A DNA stretch of 64,000 nucleotides, from the NCBI GenBank assembly GCA_963724325.1, contig CAVRUH010000001.1:544001-608000 (forward strand). Reading direction: 5' to 3'. This document shows positions 8,715-19,700 of this stretch, piece by piece. Source of the stretch: Waddliaceae bacterium (GTDB lineage Bacteria; Chlamydiota; Chlamydiia; Chlamydiales; Waddliaceae). The translations under genes and the position numbers were made by a program. Every line of letters begins with the position of its first letter. The stretch's first letter is position 1. The notes under the pieces were generated by a model. It saw only the letters and a list, made by a program, of their open reading frames with translations, was not told where the DNA came from and did not search any database.

Positions 8715-11700
8715 ATGCAGCCACAGATAAATCCAGATACAAATAATTCCAACGCGTTTTTTAGAAGAGATCATATAAAAATATTTCAAAATCGTTTGAT
8801 GCCGTTTCTTGATAATGCATCTATTAAAAATCTTATTGGCTGTAGTAAAATAACACGTGAATACTTCTTTCCCGAAAGAGTTATTCGAGTCATTAAAACC
8901 ATTGGAATAGAAATTAAATGTGATAAGAAAAATAATAGGGCTATCGAATCAATCCTTTTTAGTTGTGCAGTACTTGGAAACATCAGAATTATTACAAATT
9001 TAAGCGCCGAGAAGGTTAATTTTAATATATACGATAACTCTAACCTAAATCTTCTACAAATTGCTGCTGGCTATGGACATCTAGATATTGTTAAATTCTT
9101 GTGTGAAGAACATCCATATTTGTTAACAGAAAAAAATTTGAACGGTTGGACTCCACTTAGTTTGGCAGCAGCAAAAGGCTATGAAAAAATAGTCGCCTAT
9201 TTGGTAGATAAATATCCGGCAGCATTGCAAATAAGTGATAATGCTGGAGACACTCCATTGCATTTAGCTATCTTAAATAAACATCTAAATGTTATTTCCC
9301 TTCTAATTGAAAAATACACAACAGAAAATTTAATACAGGAAAATGCAAATAACAACATATTTAATTATCTTATATCAGAAGATAATTATGATTTGTGTGA
9401 ACTATTATACATTAAATGTCCGGAATTGTTGCAAAAACAAGATATGCATGGCTTTACCCCTCTTCATACGGCAGTGCAAACGGGCAAATTCAAAATCGTA
9501 ACGTTGTTTTCTGATAAAAATCCAATATTATTAAAAATAAAAGATTGTCGTCGCCGTAACGTGCTCCATATTGCAACATTGCGCGACAATAAGGAAATGG
9601 TTGCTTACCTATATGATAGGCTGCCAGGAGCGTTACAAGAACAAGATGAAAACGGCGACACTCCATTTGATTTGGCGGTTAGGCATAAGCGTCTGAAGGT
9701 CCTTTCCTTCTTCTATCTAAATTCCCAAATCCCCCTTGATTATCTTTCTCCTGAAATAGTTGATCTCTTGCAATCACATAGCGCTGAATTACGTATACAA
9801 ATAGCCTCAACCTTAAAGGAGATTCAAGTTCTTGAGTGGAATAAATCAATCAAATTCAAGAACACAGAATTTATAAAACATATTCTTAAAAAATTTGTGG
9901 AAGTTGACGATTCTGGACATTTTCTTTTAATAGCATCATCATTTGAAGATAAGGTGTTATTTTTTAATCAATTGTTTCGTTTCTTTTCAGAAATCAGAAA
10001 AGAAACTGAGGAATTATTGATCAAGGTTCTAAAAAAAATTGTACTGATGAAGATAGATGGAAAACTGATCCCTAGATCAGAAATCGAAACCCATCATATG
10101 ATGCTTCTTGCGGGATGTTCAGGATTTAACGAGGTTGTCAGATATCTATTTAAAGAGCGTAGAATAGACCCTTATAAAATAGTCATGATAGGTCAAAATG
10201 TTGTTCAATTGCTCATTAATAAAAATTCAGAAAAATTTCCTGAACGAGAAGTAGTGGAACTTATGGATATATTGGATGTCAAATTAGCAGATGCCAATGA
10301 CATCTTTGGTGAAAAATACGATCCAAGATTGTGTAATGACAACAAATATCGATCCTTCCGCCGTTATATTTTCGTGAAAGCTGCTAAACACTTGAATAAA
10401 ATATTTCAAAAGAAGCAATTGCATGATCACTGGATTTCAAAACAATGCATTTTCAATAATACCCTTTATTGCCTCGATTTTAAAGATGTCGAAATCGCAA
10501 AACTGTTTTTGATGAAGCAATATCTCGAATCGAAAAAAATTGAATCCAAAATATGCCAAGAAAATGACTCTTCTATACTTCGTATCTCGGATTTGTCTTC
10601 TTGCCAAAATATTATGGCATTGGAGCAAGAGCAATTCTCCAAAGATCACAGCTCGTTAAGTGAACTTTGGTCAATATTAACTAAATTTCCCAGTTTATTC
10701 TGCAGTCTTCATTGGCAATATATTGGAGAAAATCTCTGCATCGATTTACCTGGTGATATTGTCCCTGTACAGTTGATGATCGCTCATATTGCAAGCCAAA
10801 AGAAATGTAAGATGCCCTTTGATATACGTGAAAGTCGTCTAACCTGCACCCCAGCATTGATTGATGATTTCATTCAAAGTGAAACCTATTTCATCTCACA
10901 AGATTTTGAACGATGGGACAAATTGGTTAGAATAATCATTAAAGACAAAATCGTTGGTGGCGATGCATTAGATAAAAAAATACAGCTTTTGGAAGAGAAA
11001 CGCATCGAAAAAGAGAAAGCTGAAAGAGAGGAACGGGAAAAAGCAGGTAAGCGTGTAGTTTTAAAAGCTAAGAAACAACCTCCAAGCATTAGCAATAAAT
11101 CAATGCCGGTGAAGAAAAAGGCTGCAGAGGCCCCTAAAAAGCCGACAAAACAGAAAAAAAACCAAACAGCTCCCATACCCGCAAAATCAGAAACTATATA
11201 CCTATCCATGCCATCTAGAGATACGAGAGAAGCGCCAGTCGTGGCAGTATCTTCAATTGATTACGGCCAAGCATCTGAGCAAGCTTATTATCCTAAAAAA
11301 ATTGGGGATGCCCGAACACAACAAACCAATACACCACTGGAACTATTACTTTCTGAAAATCTTGCTAAAACGCAAGAAGTTCACGAATGCTTTAAGCGCC
11401 TGTTTGAATTATCAAGGCCAGGCATTGATTGTGATCCACTCATTGTGAACGGAGCTGCTCTTTTCAATAAAATGCGAGTCGATTTAGCTTGCGATACATT
11501 GTCTGTCGATTCTCCCATTCGCAATTTATGCTCTTATGGTCTAGATAAACACCCAAGAGATTCCTGGTCTCACGATTACTTCCCAGATCCAGAAGCGTCC
11601 GTTTTTCCTCTGAAAACTGATGGTGCTATTTTTGAAACTCTCTCCCAAATGGAAAAAGGACAGTTTTCAGATGTCAAAATTTTTGACGCTGCAAAAAAGG

Positions 11701-12677
11701 AAATCATAGCCCTATTCTCCGATTGCGAATCCTATCGCATATCCTGGAATGATGTTTTCATTGGAGCCTATCCCAATCCTGTCCCAGCTTTGACTGAAAA
11801 AATCGCAAAGTATTTATCCGCTTTAACCAGCCTAAAAGGGTTGCTCGATAAATATCCTGTCGGAGACATGCGACGTTCCTACGCCTTGGATGCAATCACC
11901 TTTTTTATCAGCCGTATCGGCGAATTGACAAAACATATTGAATTAGGCTCAAAGCCTTTTCAATCACTACGCAATGAAATTATTCACCAGCTTGAGAATG
12001 TCGATCATGATCGTGAAACATTGCATGCCAAATGCCTCTCTTTACTAGATAGGCTAACAACATTTAAAATTCCTCAAGTCGTTTTAGAAGCAAAATGGGA
12101 GCCAAGCATCAATAAGAGCTTCTGCTACAATGCCAAATTGATCGCAAAGCTATTGCGCTGGCGCACTGCTGAGCTAAATAGTCCCAACAAGAAAATCATT
12201 GTCCTCGACCCAGTTAAATTATCGGACTTGCAAAAAGTTGTGGTAACAAACAAGGATGGCTCCATAACATTTATTCCTTTAATGCTCGGAAACCAAAAAT
12301 ATGCATGCTTAGTCCTTAATTTTGAAAATCAAAAAGCCAAAGTAGTGGATTATATCTCTATCAACGGAGCCACGGACGTAATATCCGAAGAAATCCAAGC
12401 TTTCACCAAACCCTTTGGCACAGTTAGAAAGGCTGCTATGGAAGAAAAAAAGGAAACAACACCAGAAGACCACGGACCTCTTTTAGTCGAACGCCTACAC
12501 CGTAAAGCCCAGGAAATTACCCAGGGAAAACAGGACAAAATAGAATCAACTTTCCAAATGCGCAAGCGTCACCTTCACCTAGCATTTGCTGCCGGAAATG
12601 TGCAACTCTATCTAAAACAATTCCTGCTCAGAGGCATACAAAAGCCCCAAGACAAACAGGGTCATTGTATAAAATAG
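8715..12677 (+). CDS. Large ankyrin-repeat protein, paralogue 2
   Basis: Same architecture as paralogue 1; near-identical C-terminal two-thirds; RNEIIH at 11970-11987. Confidence 0.85.
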   Translation: MQPQINPDTNNSNAFFRRDHIKIFQNRLMPFLDNASIKNLIGCSKITREYFFPERVIRVIKTIGIEIKCDKKNNRAIESILFSCAVLGNIRIITNLSAEKVNFNIYDNSNLNLLQIAAGYGHLDIVKFLCEEHPYLLTEKNLNGWTPLSLAAAKGYEKIVAYLVDKYPAALQISDNAGDTPLHLAILNKHLNVISLLIEKYTTENLIQENANNNIFNYLISEDNYDLCELLYIKCPELLQKQDMHGFTPLHTAVQTGKFKIVTLFSDKNPILLKIKDCRRRNVLHIATLRDNKEMVAYLYDRLPGALQEQDENGDTPFDLAVRHKRLKVLSFFYLNSQIPLDYLSPEIVDLLQSHSAELRIQIASTLKEIQVLEWNKSIKFKNTEFIKHILKKFVEVDDSGHFLLIASSFEDKVLFFNQLFRFFSEIRKETEELLIKVLKKIVLMKIDGKLIPRSEIETHHMMLLAGCSGFNEVVRYLFKERRIDPYKIVMIGQNVVQLLINKNSEKFPEREVVELMDILDVKLADANDIFGEKYDPRLCNDNKYRSFRRYIFVKAAKHLNKIFQKKQLHDHWISKQCIFNNTLYCLDFKDVEIAKLFLMKQYLESKKIESKICQENDSSILRISDLSSCQNIMALEQEQFSKDHSSLSELWSILTKFPSLFCSLHWQYIGENLCIDLPGDIVPVQLMIAHIASQKKCKMPFDIRESRLTCTPALIDDFIQSETYFISQDFERWDKLVRIIIKDKIVGGDALDKKIQLLEEKRIEKEKAEREEREKAGKRVVLKAKKQPPSISNKSMPVKKKAAEAPKKPTKQKKNQTAPIPAKSETIYLSMPSRDTREAPVVAVSSIDYGQASEQAYYPKKIGDARTQQTNTPLELLLSENLAKTQEVHECFKRLFELSRPGIDCDPLIVNGAALFNKMRVDLACDTLSVDSPIRNLCSYGLDKHPRDSWSHDYFPDPEASVFPLKTDGAIFETLSQMEKGQFSDVKIFDAAKKEIIALFSDCESYRISWNDVFIGAYPNPVPALTEKIAKYLSALTSLKGLLDKYPVGDMRRSYALDAITFFISRIGELTKHIELGSKPFQSLRNEIIHQLENVDHDRETLHAKCLSLLDRLTTFKIPQVVLEAKWEPSINKSFCYNAKLIAKLLRWRTAELNSPNKKIIVLDPVKLSDLQKVVVTNKDGSITFIPLMLGNQKYACLVLNFENQKAKVVDYISINGATDVISEEIQAFTKPFGTVRKAAMEEKKETTPEDHGPLLVERLHRKAQEITQGKQDKIESTFQMRKRHLHLAFAAGNVQLYLKQFLLRGIQKPQDKQGHCIK

Positions 12678-12725
12678 ATATTTATTTGATATTATTAAAA
12701 ATAGTAAGATTTTATAGGTTTAATT

Positions 12726-15700
12726 ATGAATTTACATGTAAATCCAGATGTTAATGTTTCCAATGAGTTATTTGGAAGCAAGTATATGGAAATTTTTCAA
12801 AATCGATTGATGCCTTTTCTTGATGATAAATCTATTCTAATTCTTACTTGTTGCAGTAAAGTGATATATCAATACACATTTGTTGAAAAATATTTTCGAC
12901 AAAACCAAAAATTGGAAAGTGAAAGTAAATTTATTGCCTTTTCTAACTATCAGTCTATTCTTAATGAATGCGCAAAAACTGGAAATATTAGTATTATTAA
13001 AAAAATTAATGATAAGAAAGTTGGATTTAATATATGCGATAACAATCAAATAAATATTTTACACACTGCTGTAGACGCTGAACATTTTGAAGTTGTTAAA
13101 TTCCTGTCTAATGAACATCCATATTTGTTGAAACAACAAACAATAGAGGGTTGGACTCCACTTAGCTACGCAGCAGCAAAAGGCTGTGTAGAAATGACCG
13201 CTTACTTGTCTGATAAATGCCCAGAAGCATTGCGGATGAAAACTCAAAGCGGCGACACCCCATTACATTTAGCTGTCCTGCATAACCAGTTAGATGTTAT
13301 TTCTGTTTTAAATAAAAAATACACAGTAGAACAATTAATGAATGATGATCCAAATCATCAGATATTAAAATTAGCCATACATGGAGATAATTATGATATG
13401 TGCAGCCTATTATGTACAAAATACCCGGCAATTTTGAGAAGGCAAGGTGACTTTGGCCGTACCCCAATTCATTTAGCCATTGAATTGAAGAAGCAAGAAA
13501 TAGCGATCCTTTTCTGTGAACTATGTCCAGAAGCATTACAAATAAAAAATAACTATGGCCGTATCCCTCTCCACATTGCAGTATATCTTGGGGATTTAAT
13601 GCTCGTTGTTTACCTGCATGATAGTTCACCGGAACAGTTACGAGTAAAAGATATAAACGGCGAAACTCCATTCGATATTGCTGTCAAACAAAAGCATTTT
13701 CCTATCTTCTCTTACTTCGTTATGTATGGCAATGGGATTCCTTTAAATCTTGTTAATGTAATGCTGGCTATCAATCGGTCGCAATTAAAGGAATTATATA
13801 GAGAAGTAAGTGAATCAGTAAAGGAGGTTCGGTCCCTAAAATGGGATAATATTATCAAATTTAAAGAAAAACAAACTGTAAAAAACATAATTGCAGCGAT
13901 TCTGGAAGCTGATTTCGATAAATCAAAAATCTTTTTAAGCTCATTATATTCTAAAAATAAGTTGTTATTTTTTAATCAATTGTTTCTTTTCTTTTCAGAA
14001 ATCAGAAAAGAAACTGACGAATTATTGGTCAAGGTTCTAAAAAAAATTGTACTGATGAAGATAGATGGAAAACTGATCCCTAGATCAGAACTTGAAACCC
14101 ATCATATGATGCTTCTTGCAGGGTCTTCAGGATTTAACGAGGTTGTCAGATATCTATTCAAAGAGCGTAAAATAGATCCTTATGAAAAAGTCTTGAAAGG
14201 TCAAAATGTTGTTCAATTGCTTATTAATAAAAATTCAGAAAAATTTTCTGAACAAGAAGTAGTTGAACTTATGGATATATTGGATGTCAAACTAGGGCAT
14301 GCCAATGACATCTTTGGTGAAAAATACGATCCAAGATTGTGTAATGACAACAAATATCGATTCTTCCGCCGTTATATTTTCGTGAAAGCTGCTAAACACT
14401 TGAATAAAATATTTCAAAAGAAGCAATTGCATGATCACTGGATTTCAAAACAATGCATTTTCAACAATACCCTTTATTGCCTCGATTTTAAAGATGTCGA
14501 AATCGCAAAACTGTTTTTGATGAAGCAATATCTCGAATCGAAAAAAATTGAATCCAAAATATGCCAAGAAAATGACTCTTCTATACTTCGTATCTCGGAT
14601 TTGTCTTCTTGCCAAAATATTATGGCATTGGAGCAAGAGCAATTCTCCAAAGATTACAGCTCGTTAAGTGAACTTTGGTCAATATTAACTAAATTCCCCA
14701 GTTTATTCTGCAGTATTCATTGGCAATATATTGGAGAAAATCTCTGCATCGATTTACCTGGTGATATTGTCCCTGTACAGTTGATGATCGCTCATATTGC
14801 AAGTCAAAAGAAATGTAAGATGCCCTTTGATATACGTGAAAGTAGTCTAACCTGCACCCCAGCATTGATCGATGATTTCATGCAAAGTGAAACCTATTTT
14901 ATCTCACAAGATTTTGAACGATGGGAAAAATTGGTTAAAATAATTATTAAAGATAAAATCGTTGACGCGGATGCATTAGATAAAAAACTCCAGCTTTTGG
15001 AAGGGGAGCGCATCGAAAAAGATAAAGCTGAAAGAGAGGAACGGGAGAAAGCAGATAAGCGTGTTGTTTTAAAAGCTAAGAAACAACCTCCAAGCATTAG
15101 CAATAAATCAATGCCGGTGAAGAAAAAGGCTGCAGAGGCCCCTAAAAAGCCGACAAAACAGAAAAAAAACCAAACAGCTCCCATACCCGCAAAACCAGAA
15201 ACTATATACCTATCCATGCCATCTAGAGATACGAGAGAAGCGCCAGTCGTGGCAGTATCTTCAATTGATTACGGTCTAAAAGCGGAGCAAATAAATGCTC
15301 CTAAAAAAATTGGGGATGCCCGATCAAATCAAATCAATGCACCACTGGAGCTATTACTTTCTGAAAATCTTGCTAAAACGCAAGAAGTTCACGAATGCTT
15401 TAAGCGCCTGTTTGAATTATCAAGGCCAGGCATTGATTGTGATCCACTCATTGTGAACGGAGCTGCTCTTTTCAATAAAATGCGAGTCGATTTAGCTTGC
15501 GATACATTGTCTGTCGATTCTCCCATTCGCAATTTATGCTCTTATGGTCTAGATAAACACCCAAGAGATTCCTGGTCTCACGATTACTTCCCAGATCCAG
15601 AAGCGTCCGTTTTTCCTCTGAAAACTGATGGTGCTATTTTTGAAACTCTCTCCCAAATGGGAAAAGGACTGTTTTCAGATGTCAAAATTTTTGACGCTGC

Positions 15701-16685
15701 AAAAAAGGAAATCATAGCCCTATTCTCCGATTGCGAATCCTATCGCATATCCTGGAATGATGTTTTCATTGGAGCCTATCCCAATCCTGTCCCAGCTTTG
15801 ACTGCAAAAATCGCAAAGTATTTATCCGCTTTAACCAGCCTAAAAGGGTTGCTCGATAAATATCCTGTCGGAGACATGCGACGTTCCTACGCCTTGGATG
15901 CAATCACCTTTTTTATCAGCCGTATCGGCGAATTGACAAAACATATTGAATTAGGCTCAAAGCCTTTTCAATCACTACGCAATGAAATTATTCACCAGCT
16001 TGAGAATGTCGATCATGATCGTGAAACATTGCATGCCAAATGCCTCTCTTTACTAGATAGGCTAACAACATTTAAAATTCCTCAAGTCGTTTTAGAAGCA
16101 AAATGGGAGCCAAGCATCAATAAAAGCTTCTGCTATAATGCCAAATTGATCGCAAAGCTATTGCGCTGGCGCACTGCTGAGCTAAATAGTCCCAACAAGA
16201 AAATCATTGTCCTCGACCCAGTTAAATTATCGGACTTGCAAAAAGTTGTAGTAACAAACAAGGATGGCTCCATAACATTTATTCCTTTAATGCTCGGAAA
16301 CCAAAAATATGCATGCTTAGTCCTTAATTTTGAAAATCAAAAAGCCAAAGTATTGGATTATGTCACTATCAATGGAGCTACGGACGTAATATCCGAAGAA
16401 ATCCAAGCTTTCACCAAACCCTTTGGCACAGTTAGAAAGGCTGCTATGGAAGAAAAAAAGGAAACAACACCAGAAGACCACGGACCTCTGTTGGTCGAGC
16501 GCCTACACCGTAAAGCCCAGGAAATTACCCAGGGAAAACAGGACAAAATAGAATCAACTTTTCAAATGCGAAAGCGTCACCTTAATTTAGCATTTGCTGT
16601 CGGAAACGTGCAACTTTATCTAAAGCAATTCCTGCTCAGAGGAGTCCAAAAGCCCCAAGACAAACAGGGTCATTGTATAAAATAG
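12726..16685 (+). CDS. Large ankyrin-repeat protein, paralogue 3
   Basis: Same architecture; RNEIIH at 15978-15995. Confidence 0.85.
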   Translation: MNLHVNPDVNVSNELFGSKYMEIFQNRLMPFLDDKSILILTCCSKVIYQYTFVEKYFRQNQKLESESKFIAFSNYQSILNECAKTGNISIIKKINDKKVGFNICDNNQINILHTAVDAEHFEVVKFLSNEHPYLLKQQTIEGWTPLSYAAAKGCVEMTAYLSDKCPEALRMKTQSGDTPLHLAVLHNQLDVISVLNKKYTVEQLMNDDPNHQILKLAIHGDNYDMCSLLCTKYPAILRRQGDFGRTPIHLAIELKKQEIAILFCELCPEALQIKNNYGRIPLHIAVYLGDLMLVVYLHDSSPEQLRVKDINGETPFDIAVKQKHFPIFSYFVMYGNGIPLNLVNVMLAINRSQLKELYREVSESVKEVRSLKWDNIIKFKEKQTVKNIIAAILEADFDKSKIFLSSLYSKNKLLFFNQLFLFFSEIRKETDELLVKVLKKIVLMKIDGKLIPRSELETHHMMLLAGSSGFNEVVRYLFKERKIDPYEKVLKGQNVVQLLINKNSEKFSEQEVVELMDILDVKLGHANDIFGEKYDPRLCNDNKYRFFRRYIFVKAAKHLNKIFQKKQLHDHWISKQCIFNNTLYCLDFKDVEIAKLFLMKQYLESKKIESKICQENDSSILRISDLSSCQNIMALEQEQFSKDYSSLSELWSILTKFPSLFCSIHWQYIGENLCIDLPGDIVPVQLMIAHIASQKKCKMPFDIRESSLTCTPALIDDFMQSETYFISQDFERWEKLVKIIIKDKIVDADALDKKLQLLEGERIEKDKAEREEREKADKRVVLKAKKQPPSISNKSMPVKKKAAEAPKKPTKQKKNQTAPIPAKPETIYLSMPSRDTREAPVVAVSSIDYGLKAEQINAPKKIGDARSNQINAPLELLLSENLAKTQEVHECFKRLFELSRPGIDCDPLIVNGAALFNKMRVDLACDTLSVDSPIRNLCSYGLDKHPRDSWSHDYFPDPEASVFPLKTDGAIFETLSQMGKGLFSDVKIFDAAKKEIIALFSDCESYRISWNDVFIGAYPNPVPALTAKIAKYLSALTSLKGLLDKYPVGDMRRSYALDAITFFISRIGELTKHIELGSKPFQSLRNEIIHQLENVDHDRETLHAKCLSLLDRLTTFKIPQVVLEAKWEPSINKSFCYNAKLIAKLLRWRTAELNSPNKKIIVLDPVKLSDLQKVVVTNKDGSITFIPLMLGNQKYACLVLNFENQKAKVLDYVTINGATDVISEEIQAFTKPFGTVRKAAMEEKKETTPEDHGPLLVERLHRKAQEITQGKQDKIESTFQMRKRHLNLAFAVGNVQLYLKQFLLRGVQKPQDKQGHCIK

Positions 16686-16775
16686 ATATTTATTTTTTTA
16701 AGAACCAATTTTTATTGCATTTTATAAATTTTTGTTTTATAATTATGGGAATTATAAGATTTTATAGGTTTAATT

Positions 16776-19700
16776 ATGAATTCACATGTAAATCCAAATG
16801 CTAATGTTTCCAATGAGTTATTTGGACCCAATTTGATGAAAGTTCTTCAAAATAAATTAATACCAATCCTTGATGATCAATCTATTCTAAATCTTTCTCT
16901 CTGCAGTCGAATAATAAATGAGTATACCAGTTCCGAAAAAATTCTTCGAAGAGTTAAAAGACTTGGGTTAGAAATCAGAGATAATAATAATCAAGGAATA
17001 GATTTTGGATTATGCCTTTTGAAATGTGCAGAACTTGGAAATGTCATAATTATTAAAAAATTGAATGAAAATAAGATTAATTTCAATGTATGCAATAATA
17101 ATGAATCCAATGTCCTTCATATTGCCGCTTGCTTCGGACATTTTGATCTTGTTAAATTTTTGTGTGAAGAACATCCATATTTGTTAACAGAAAAAAATTT
17201 GAACGGTTGGACTCCACTTTTTTTGGCAGCAGCAAAAGGCCATGAAAAAATAGTCGTCTATTTGGTAGATAAATACCCAGAAGCATTGCAAATAAGTGAT
17301 AAGGCCGGAGACACTCCATTACATTTAGCTATTATAAATAACCATCTAAATATCGTTTCCATTTTATATGAAAAATACACGTCAGAACAATTATTACAAA
17401 ATAAGTCAGAATTCAGCTTATTACAATATCCTATATCATTGGACAATGTTAATATGTGTCGCATATTGTGCAGCAAGTTCACAAAACTTTTGCAACAGCA
17501 AGATCGAAATGGTTTTACTCCACTCCATACAGCCGTGCTATTGAAAAAAAAAGAATTCGTAACCCTATTATGTGATAAATATCCAGAAGCATTACAGATA
17601 AAAGATAGTGTTGGGCGTACCCCTCTCCGAATTGCAGCAGAGCTTGGAGAAGAGGAAATCGTTACTTACTTATTTGATAAACGGCCTGAAGAACTAACAA
17701 CAAAAGATGTAAATGGCTATACCCCATTCGACTTAGCAGTTCAAAAAAACAATATAAGTTTGATCGTTTTTTTGTGTGTTCATTCTAAAGGAGTCCTTAC
17801 AGATCTTTCTGATGAGATCGTTGCTCGGCTGTCCTCACAAAAATCTGAAATAGACAAAGAACTCACTTTATATACACACAGGATGCGATTTCTGAAGTGG
17901 AGTAATGCTATCGATTTTAAAAATAAAGAATTTATAAAAATTGTTCTCGCAAAGTTTGTGGAAGTTGACGATCAGGGACATTTTTTTTCAATCGTATTTT
18001 CTTTTGAGAATATGGTGTTACTATTTAATCCAGTGTTTGCCTTGCTTTCTGAAAGCAGAAAAGAAACTGACGAATTATTGGTCAAGGTTCTAAAAAAAAT
18101 GGTGATATTCAAGGCAAATGGACAATCAATTTCAAGATCAGAAGTTGAAACCCATCATATGATGCTTCTTGCGGGGTCTTCAGGATTTAACGAGGTTGTC
18201 AGATATCTATTTAAAGAGCGTAAAATAGACCCTTATGAAAAAGTCTTAAAAGGTCAAAATGTTGTTCAATTGCTCATTAATAAAAATTCTGAAAAATTTC
18301 CTGAACGAGAAATAGTGGAACTTATGGATATATTGGATGTCAAACTAGGACATGCCAATGACATCTTTGGTGAAAAATACGATCCAAGATTGTGTAATGA
18401 CAACAAATATCGATCCTTCCGCCGTTATATTTTTGTGAAAGCTGCTAAACACTTGAATAAAATATTTCAAAAAAAGCAATTGCATGATCACTGGATTTCA
18501 AAACAATGCATTTTCAATAATACCCTTTATTGCCTCGATTTTAAAGATGTCGAAATCGCAAAACTGTTTTTGATGAAACAATATCTCGAATCGAAAAACA
18601 TTGAATCCAAAATATGCCAAGAAAATGACTCTTCTATACTTCGTATCTCGGATTTATCTTCTTGCCAAAATATTATGGCATTGGAGCAAGAGCAATTCTC
18701 CAAAGATTACAGCTCGTTAAGTGAGCTTTGGTCAATATTAACTAAATTCCCCAGTTTATTCTGCAGTCTTCATTGGCAATATATTGGAGAAAATCTCTGC
18801 ATCGATTTACCTGGTGATATTGTCCCTGTACAGTTGATGATCGCGCATATTGCAAGCCAAAAGAAATGTAAGATGCCCTTTGATATACGTGAAAGTAGTC
18901 TAACCTGCACCCCAGCATTGATCGATGATTTCATTCAAAGTGAAACCTATTTCATCTCACAAGATTTTGAACGATGGGACAAATTGGTTAGAATAATCAT
19001 TAAAGATAAAATCGTTGACGCGGATGCATTAGATAAAAAACTACAGCTTTTGGAAGGGGAGCGCATCGAAAAAGAGAAAGCTGAAAGAGAGGAACGGGAA
19101 AAAGCAGGTAAGCGTGTAGTTTTAAAAGCTAAGAAACAACCTCCAAGCATTAGCAATAAATCAATGCCGGTGAAGAAAAAGGCTGCAGAGGCCCCTAAAA
19201 AGCCAACAAAACAGAAAAAAAACCAAACAGCTCCCATACCCGCAAAATCAGAAACTATATACCTATCCATGCCATCTAGAGATGCGAGAGAAGCGCCAGT
19301 CGTGGCAGTATCTTCAATTGATTACGGCCAAGCATCTGAGCAAGCTTATTATCCTAAAAAAATAGAGGATTCCCGATCAAATCAAACCAATACACCACTG
19401 GAACTATTACTTTCTGAAAATCTTGCTAAAACGCAAGAAGTTCACGAATGCTTTAAGCGCCTCTTTGAATTATCAAGGCCAGAAATTGATTGTGATCCAC
19501 TCATTGTGAACGGAGCTGCTCTTTTCAATAAAATGCGAGTCGATTTAGCTTGCGATACATTGTCTGCCGATTCTCCCATTCGCAATTTATGCTCTTATGG
19601 TCTAGATAAACACCCAAGAGATTCCTGGTCTCACGATTATTTCCCAGATCCAGAAGCGTCCGTTTTTCCTCTGAAAACTGATGGTGCTATTTTTGAAACT

